Positions 19,714 through 29,000 of a stretch of DNA of 64,000 nucleotides are shown here, piece after piece; position 1 is the first letter of the stretch, and every line of letters starts with the position of its first letter. Position numbers and translations under genes: made by a program. This DNA comes from a virus: IMG/VR virus record IMGVR_UViG_3300035158_000293, positions 32,001 through 96,000 of that record; one strand, 5' to 3'. The notes beneath the pieces are model-generated. The model saw only the letters and a program-made list of their open reading frames with translations, did no database searches and was not told where the DNA came from.

Positions 19714-19983
19714 TCAATAACTCCAGCGCGGGTAATCGTCGTCGTCACGGGACCAACCATGAATTGGACAGCTCGAGTCACGACTACGTTCGCCAGCGAA
19801 ACTTCCCGGTGGGCAAGTACAGCGCGGCCCCTTGTTTCTCTGCCGCGTTTCCCGCCGCGCCTCTCGACGTATTTCGCGCTGCTCCCGTGCCGATGTGCCG
19901 CACTTGGGGCAACCCTGAAGGATCGCGTTGCGATCCGCCTTTGTCGCCCCGTAAAGATGATCGCAATTTGAACACCTCGCCAT
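19714..19983 (-). CDS. Small Zn-ribbon protein (family C, copy 3)
   Basis: MARCSNCD..YG...RNAILQGCPKCG; RBS region near-identical to copy 2. Confidence 0.7.
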   Translation of the reverse strand: MARCSNCDHLYGATKADRNAILQGCPKCGTSAREQREIRREARRETRQRNKGPRCTCPPGSFAGERSRDSSCPIHGWSRDDDDYPRWSY

Positions 19984-20087
19984 GACTACACCTTTCCGTG
20001 CCCCAAATAGGTCCGCCAATTGGTAGTACTTCCCCGCTTTCTGCTGTCCACGCTGCCCGAGGTTGCGTTTTTAGGTCCACTTGGGGA

Positions 20088-23000
20088 CTATTCCGCGTCC
20101 GCCTCTTTTATGAGCGTCGTGAGGCCCTCTGGCGCGTTAAACGGGTTCGAGCCTTCGGCAGCTTGGAACCAGACTCTCGTAGTGGCCCCTTCCACGAATT
20201 CCCGCAGGGCTGCGTCACTCTCGAACCTCGCAATTATTATATCACCGATTTTTGCCTCATACAAGTTTTTTCTCGGAAAAGATTGCAAAACAAGCAAATC
20301 GTCGGGTCCGGGGCTCTCGATACCATAAGGCCCGAAGGCACACTCTGAAAGGGATTTCAGGGCGTTGACGAACTCCATACCCTTGACCGGGAAGTCCCAC
20401 GGATCGCGTCGGCCTGCAAGCCACCGCCCGAAATACCGGAAGAACGCATTGGGGTCGTCGAAGCCGCGCAGTTTGGCGACCCGCACAATCTCTCCCGCGT
20501 GTACGCTGTACAGCACGTCCAACGTCAGCTTCACTACCTTGTCAAGGGTGGCCTTGTCTGGATTGTAAAGCGGGTGAGGCTCTTCCTCGGGTTCATAGAA
20601 CGAAGCCAGCGTATCCGCCTCCATTTGGAGCTTGCGCTCGAGCTTTTTCAGAATGCTCTCCGCCGCCGTCTTCTGTTTTGGTGTACCTGCGGGAAAGCTT
20701 CTTTTGCTCCCCTCCTGTAGTATTCCGCGGCGCTCCTCTGCAAGCACCCCGTGATGTACCTGTTCAGGGTGCAAACGTGCCACGGCGTCGCTCTCCTGCA
20801 CCTTTTTCAGGTCCACGAAACCACCACGGTCCACAAGTAGTACCTTGTTGCCGGTAACGATGACATCGCCGATTGACATGGACGTGTGATCGATGCCCTT
20901 CTGTTTGAGCAGTTTTCGCGCTTCCCCGTGCGGGCTCCACAACCGCGCCTGCATCGCTCGGAACAGCTTCTCGGGGTCGCGTTCCTTCACCTTGCCAAGC
21001 AGGATATGGGTTTTCCGCAGGTTTTTGGGGTCGGGTAGTGCGTCGTGATCCTTCGCCCAATCGAAACCCATGCCAAGGTCGCGACTCACGCCGGTTTTCA
21101 TGTACCATATTTCGGTGTCACCCTCTGCCAAACCCGGAACGTACCGTGCCGCAACATTGAGGTTGCGATACTCGGTCACTTCGTTGACGGGACTACCCTC
21201 GGCAAGAGGCACCATAACGACACCGCCAATACCGAACACCGCCGGGTGGATGTCCTCCGTGAAATGTTTCGGGAGGCCCTTGACGGGTTTTATCTGCTTG
21301 CGTTTGGGGTACAAGTACTCCGCGTAGTCAAGAAGGGTCTTGCTCAAATCCTTCTCAACGAAGAACGAAGCGCCTTTCACAATCCGACGCCCTCCTCGAC
21401 CCCTCTTAACGCGCCAACCCGCTCGAACCAAACCGCGTATCAGGTCGCGCCCTTTGAGAGGCACGCGCTTGTTCGTTCCAATACCTACGGGTACGTTAAT
21501 CCGCGTGTGCAGGTGCTTCCGTACCCGTCCCGCACGCAGAGGAGGGAACTGTTCGGCAAACCCGTCGGTGTCTTCGTAGTCGGCTTGCTTCTTTTGCTGT
21601 TCTTCCTCTTTTTCCTTCGACGTCTGCGCTTTCGCTTTTGCCGCTTCTGCCTGCGCCCTGTTGAACGCTATCTCGCCCACAAGCTGATCGACGGGCAACA
21701 ACTCCATAAATTTTGCTGGTCGGTCTGATTGTGAGATGGCTACCATGCCCTTGTCTTCGTCGTAAGCCTCCACACGTCGTATAACGGTGGGTTCCTTTGC
21801 GTCTCGGCCTGCCGCGGTTTCCCACTCGGTGCCTACATAACCGGGTTTAACGAGCTTCTTCGCCGCCGCTATGTCCCGGCCTTCTGCAAGGTCATTTGAC
21901 ATTGTGTCACTCGACTCCGCTTTCAAACCGCGTATCATGCTGTCGAGATAGCGGTTGAGTTTTGTGATGCGTAGTCCACCCTCGCGTTTCGCCAAAGCGT
22001 CAAGGTCATCTTCGGTCCAACGCGCTTTTGTTTTCACACGCGCCACAAACGTGTCCAACTGCTCCGGGGCTTTGAATTTGTAGACCGGATTCATGTCACG
22101 ATTGTTCTGTGTGAGGTTTTTGAAGAGCGCACGGGGAACATTCGCACCCCGTGTGTCCTTTGTACCGGCATAACGGGGTTTTGCCGCTTTGCCGGGGGCT
22201 GTTTTCGGCAAATCGTAGTCGACATAAAGGGCAAACTCGTCAACCACCCCGCGCCCCGGCTGCTTCGACCACTCGATTTCGATGGGTTTCCGCGCTTCGA
22301 CAATATCACATCTATTACCTTCGGTAATAGTATGTGTATTTGTCGGCACCTCAGAATCGTCCGGTTTTGACGTTGTGTCAATCGAAACACCCCGCTCGAT
22401 ACGGTCGATAATGCGGAGAATCTCCTGCACGGTGTAGTCACAATCCTCCGCCTCGCCCACCGTAACCTGCTGGTTCACGTTGCGGGCGAGTGCGTTCAGC
22501 TTGTCGAGGGTCCAGTCACGCCCCTGTGCTACGTTGAACGCAAACGCGGACGCTGTAACCTGATCCGGGAACTTGTACGTGAACTCTCGGCTGTTCTCCA
22601 ACGTAATGCGCACAACGGCTTTATCGTTTTTAATCCGCAGGATGCGTGTGCCGTCCACCCGCGCCGTCCGGTAAACATAACGGTCGGGTGCGGAGTCCTC
22701 CACCGTGAGACTCACCTCTATGGTGTTTGCATCCGGTGCAACCGCTTCTGTTTTGGCGGCTATGCGGGAGCGCGGTAGTGTGACCAACGCTTCACCCTTC
22801 TCGAGCTTCGTCATGTCGGTCTGTTTCACCGCAGGCTCGTTGCGGCCCTTGCCGATGGGATACTTGTATGCGTCCCCGCCCTGCCACGGGTAAACCGAGA
22901 GGTCCGACACGGCGGCCTGCTTCCTCACTACCTCTTCCATAAATTCAGGCAGCACGCGCTCCACCGCCTGCGTCACAGCCACCGCGTCAACGTCGGGGGA

Positions 23001-26000
23001 ATCAATCTGCACGGAGTAAACCGACGCCGTCTGCCCATCGCCCACGGCAGCGGACGCACGAATAACGGAGCCAACGACCTGCTCGCCTCGACGTATCGTC
23101 ACACCGCTTTCGTCTCTGCGAAGTGTAACGCGCTTACCGTCTCCGTAGTGAACATCCCGAGTGATTATCGGCGCACGCCACTTGGATTCCCCAAACGTGC
23201 CGCGCGAAGTCTTCAAGGCTACTTCCGGGATGTCATACTTGTGAAGCGTGCTGTTGCCTCTCGGCATCTGCCCCACATGCGCCGCGGCGCTGGTCATCGC
23301 TTGTGCAAACGTGGGGAAGGTGCTCCACAAACGATATGCGTTCACATCGTTGCCCTCATTGACATACACACGGAACGGCCCGTCGGTGGAACCGCTCTCG
23401 GTAGTGAACATGACCGACCACCCGTTTACGAGGTCGGACCCGACGTACTGCTCCTGCGGCTCCAAAAATTCGACGATGCTCTCTTGGAACGGGTTCTTAT
23501 TCCGCGGGTAGTAAATGTCCGTATCCGGGTCGTAATAGCAACCCTCGCGGGGGTCGTAATAAACCACCTTGCCCGTGGGCGTCTGGAAAGGCCCCTCGAG
23601 TCCTTGGCGCTTCTTGTACCGTGTGCGGTCAATTGTGCCAAGGCGTTTCCAGCCCTCGCCCAAGAGCCCAACGCCGTCTGTCCTATCCCCACCGTGAATC
23701 AGGTTGTACCGCGCAAGACTGTCGAGATAAACGCGCCCGTTCAAAAGCATGAACGTCGGCTGTCCCGCGTCTCCCCGGTCAACGTACACCAAGTCATCGA
23801 GACGCTCGACGGGGTGCTTGACGCGCTCCCCGATGTCCCGCAGAGCCTGCTCGGTAGTCACCTTGCCTTTTTGAACCTGCGCCGCGATAACAGCGGCCAG
23901 CTCGGGTGAGATATTTGGGAAGGCGTTGTGTACGTCCACGGCATTCGTGGCGCTTTTAAGCATGTTGTCACCCGCCTCCGTAGTCTCCTGCGCCAAACCC
24001 GCGTTCTGGCCTTGGTCGAGTGCCGCAAACCCGCGGTCTGTTGCCGGTAACGTCACCGACGTGTCTGCGGTTTTGCCTTCTTCTGTTTCCTCTGGCGGCA
24101 CAAACGGTATTTGTGCGCCGAACAGCGGATGCAGGTCAGCCGGATCGGGAGCAAACGGGGCGCTTCCGGCACCCGCCTCAATGGTAGTCATGGGCGTGGA
24201 AGCCGCGTCCTGTAAGGGGTTCAGCAGGGCGTGGCGGTAGTCGGCTCTGTGCGCCAAAATACGCCCACGTTCAACAATTCCACCCCTGAAGAACGCTAAA
24301 CTCCCTTCCACCCGCGTGAATTTTGGAAAATGTGTACCCGCCACACTCTCACACACCTCCCGTTTACGCAACACGGGCATACCGCTCACAGTCTTACCCA
24401 CAACCTCATACGCACCTGCGGCTATCCCGTACCTTCCCCGACCCATTACGCTTTCTTTCAAGCCTTCCGTACCTTTTCCCTTTCTCCTTCCTTCCTCCTC
24501 CATTGACATTGTGTCAACATCGAAACCCTGCACGCCATTTTCCGTCTCGCTGACCTCTTCCGGTAGTGTCTGTCCGCCCTCTTCTCCCTCGACCTTCACT
24601 CCCGCCTTTTTAGCAACCGTCATGGTCCACGGCGTCCAGCTCACGTACATCTCCTTCGTCGTCGAACTTATGGACACCGAACCGTAATCTCCCGACACGT
24701 TGCAGGACAACCTTCTGCTTCCACTCACGGGTTCCCAATCTGGATGTGGCGTACCTTTCACCTTCGGGTCGTAGTGCATTGCGTTTTGCTCTTTCATCCA
24801 CCGGTCAATCCTCTTTACCTCCCTGCCTCTCACGTCCAGCCTCTTCAACTCCGCGTCTGCCCAGTCACTCGGGTCGCTGTTGGGATTCGCGAGTTCCTTC
24901 TCCACCCGCTTGATAGCATCCCGTATGTACGGCTGGAGTAACTTGGGTGCTTTACCCACGTTCTTCTTCGCTTCCGCTACGAGCTTCCTGTACTGCTCCC
25001 TTTGTTCCTCCTGCGTACCGGCTCCCTCTTCCAGCCTCAGAACCTTTCGTGCGAGTTTGCCCGTCTCTCCCTTTGCTTCATGCAGATTACCCATCCCGCT
25101 TTCCTCACTCTCTTTCGCGAGTGTCGGGTCCGCCGTAATGTGATCCTCGTTGTCATTCGTGAGCAACCCGAAGCCGAGTAGTCTTTCCCTTGCACCTTCC
25201 TCTTCCGGCTCTGCGGGTTCGGGGTTCGCTTGTTTCTGCACCTTCTGGCTCTCGGGGGTTTCGGTTCCCGCATCCCTCGTGTATTCCTCAAGAAACGCTT
25301 CAATCATGGCGTCGCACTCTTCCGGCAGGTCTTCGTACATCCCGTGTATTTCCTTGACCAGACTGTGTACCTCCTCGAACGTGTTCGGCACGTCGTAAGC
25401 TTTCCCTTTGAGCACTACGAGCGTACCCGCTTCCGTCTTCTTCACTCCCCACGTTCCGAAGCGGCTTGTGATCATACCCGCCTCAATCGTACCCTGATAC
25501 GTCTCTGCGATTTCCTCAAAGTACGGCTGTTGCTTCCTCCTATCCACGCAATCGAGGCACATCGTCCGTGCTTCCTCGTCCACCACGACGGGTTCATCTT
25601 CCGCAAGCACCGTGTTGCACGACGCACACCTCTCTATGTCGAGTGGAACGTAGTCCCATGTGATTTGCGCTTTTTGCCTTTGCTCTTCCAGCTTCAACTC
25701 ACCCACCGCACGGTCGAACGCTTGCCGGAACAAGTCTGTGAAATACTCCTCGTCCTCTATTTGCGGCATGTGCATCCACGCCGCTCTCGCAAGCTGTTTT
25801 GTGAGCGCCACACCCTCGTTGTTCCTTGCCGCGTAGTTCGTTGCTTCCCTTTGGAGCTTGGGGGACAGCTTCTCGGTTGTGTCCTTCCGATACAGCTTTG
25901 CTATTTCATCCCCGAAGCGTTTCTGTTTGCTCTCGGAAACTACTGTACTTTCGTTCGGTTCATTTATTGACATTGTGTCAAACTCCCTTCGGTGGGTTTG

Positions 26001-29000
26001 ATTGTGCTCGTTTTTACCCTCTGAGAACGCACATGCGCGTCCATGCGCGTTTTTCTTTCGTGGGTTGGTGCCTCGTGTCATGTCGATGTCGAAAATGCTT
26101 TCTCGCGCATCCTCGTTCGTTTTTCGTTTTTGGGTGGTTTGCGCCTCGATCTCCGTACCGAAAACGTGCTGTGTAAAGGCGGATTCACCTAAAACCTCGG
26201 CCTTTACACGCTCCACATTACGGAAGTTTGTCTTCTTGAGAACGTCTACCCCGCCATGTCCGAGGGCTTTTTCACACCCCGCGGCAATTGCTCGGGCATT
26301 GCCGTACACGGGAAGAACGTAGTCGTCGCGATCTTTACCGAAGATAACCGCCGCCCCGACAATCTTGTTTGCACCTCGGAATGTAATGGGCTCTGTCACT
26401 CTGACATTCGGGTACTGGCTCTGCAAGGCGGTTGTCGTTGGACGATTCAAAACAGGACCGAGCTTGTCCACAAGGGCCTCAAGCTCCTTCCTGATTTTCG
26501 GGTTGTGTTGGTCGGTACGTCCCGGCCCTTCGTAGTTACGAACCCACGCTTTGAGGAAGTCCTTTATCTCTTTCTCCGCGGTCCTCCTGATCTTGACAGG
26601 GTCCACGTTTTGTGACGCGGCCATGCGCTCTATGTACTTCGCCACAAAACCCTCAAACGTATCCCGCCTTTGTGCCAACGCTTTGTCACGTTCACCTTCG
26701 ATATACTCACGCTCCCAATCTGCAAGGTCCGGGTCTTGGTAGTTGTACCGGGCCTCGAACTCTTCGTCGGGTTCGGGGTCAAATTCCTTAACCGTGTACT
26801 TCGTAATCGCCATGCCTGCCGGTGCAGCCATTACTGCAACCGATCCGGGGTCGGGAAGCTGGTCTTCGTCGGTTTTTGCTGTGCGCGTTTCTATTTGCAC
26901 GGCGAAAAGCATAGGGTCTCCGCCGAATTTGTTTGTGGCGTCCCTCGCGGAACTCAATGCTGTGAGGAAGTTTTGTGTGAAGTAGTTACCATCAAGACTT
27001 GCGAGGGCTTGATTCTTCTGATCCCAAACTTTCTGCTTCTGATTGAGTTTGAAGCCTTGTTTTAGAATCGACCTCCCAAACTTGGTAGTGGTACCGTGGA
27101 AGTACAACGCCTTGGCTTCGGTTAGATTTGACGTTGTGTCAAAACCCTCCCAAAAGTCGTCATCGAACTCGATTTCGATCTCCATACCCGGAAGCTCAAT
27201 TTCAATCTCGTTGTCATCCTCGTCTTCGTCGCCGTCTTCTCCGTCGGGATTTGTACCCTCTGGACTCGTGTATTTCCCGGTCAACAGATAGCCGTCGGAC
27301 GATGGCATTGTCGATGAATCTCCCTTTACAATGGCGTCCTTTCCGGGATGCGTAGTTGTGATACTGTGCTCCGGGTGTTCGCCTGCGCAAGTCTCCTCCT
27401 CTTCGGCTGCTTCATCGGACTCCGTTACCGGTATCTTCGTTCGGGCCAACGCATCTGCAAACGTGGCAAACCTTGCCACCTCAACCTCGCCTTGCATCAC
27501 CACAAAAGGCTCGTCCCCGTACTCCTTTACGTCGATGCTGTACTCTGTCTGTTCCTTTTCTTTCTTAGTCTGGAACAGCCCTTTGTCGCGTTCTGAATCC
27601 TTGTCCGCAAAACGCTCGCGTTTTTGGTATGATCCTGTCCTTATGCTCCGCAATTTTGTACGAAGGTTCTGTAGCTTCTCCGCGAAGTCATCCAAAACAG
27701 AGTAAGTGTAATAGACAGTTTGTCCGGTTTTCCTGCCCGTCTCAACATTACGGCGTATGCTAGCCAAAGCCTCGCGAGCATACGCGCTGGTTTCAAAGGC
27801 CGTCACCACGTCATCTTCTTGGTCGTCGGAAACGAAGAACACCTTTACGGGACCATCCACGCCTGCGGGCATGATCGCTTTGTCATACTCGACACCAGCA
27901 ATCACGACCCCTGCGTCGAACACTTCGTAGTTGTCGAGGTCTTCGCCATATATGAACTCGTGTTTGCCGTAAACAGGGTAATACGGCAACGCTTCTTCTG
28001 TATCGTCGGCTTCTGTCACACTCTCGTTCATGCGGGCCTTGATCCAGCTCTTGAAGCGGCTGTTCTTATCCTTTGCGGACACGATCTCTATTGTGTAGTC
28101 GGACTCGAGCTTTTTGATCTCTTTGAGGAGGTCCGCCTTTTCATCCCAAGTATCTCCATCTAAAGCGTGTTTCATTCTCAAAATGTCGGGCCACTCTTCC
28201 GACGGTTTGTCTCGCCACTCCATGTAATTGGTTACGTCCTCAAGCTGACTGATCCCTATGAGCAATTCGGACCCTTTGGGAATCTTCAAATCCCGATCTT
28301 TTATAATCCACTCGCCCTCGTTCTTGTAAACCTGTCCAATGAGCTTCAATCCCTCTGTTATTTTGCGCTCAAGCTCTTTCATAGGGACTTCGTCCAAAGC
28401 ATCGGCGAAGCGCTTGTAAGTGTAGTCCTCCTCACGAAGCTTTGGAATGCCGACCTTCTTCAACCACTTTGCAATATCTCGCGGTCCTCGGATTTTCTTG
28501 GGCGGGTTTTTTCGGGCTACGTCCGCCAACTTGCTGTGGCCAGCTATGTGTCGATTTTCCATCACAAGTGTTTTGTATTTCGAATCACTCTTGAACGCCT
28601 CTATCATGTATTCGAACACGTTGCGGTAAACCTGTGTTAAACCTATCGGGGTCTTGCTCGCGTCAAACAAACGGTAGAGCGCGTCACAATTCTTGGCGGT
28701 GAGATACATGGGGTTATCGTACATAACGCGGCTAACGGCGTTCTCTTCAACAAACGCACGCCCCGGCATCTTCAACGCGGCTGACTTGTTGAACAAGTAT
28801 TGGATGTCCTCGGAGCTACTGACACCCGCAGCGCCTTCGAGCCGTCTCTTTTTCAATGACTCAAGGTGAGACGGCTTGTACACGTCGAACGACAGGTAGA
28901 AAAATTCCGGTATGTCCGCGTCGGTGTAAGACGCCTCGACCAATGGCCGACCTGCAAACGTGGCCGTGTGCTCGTTTGTATCACCGTTAGGTAAACCCTT

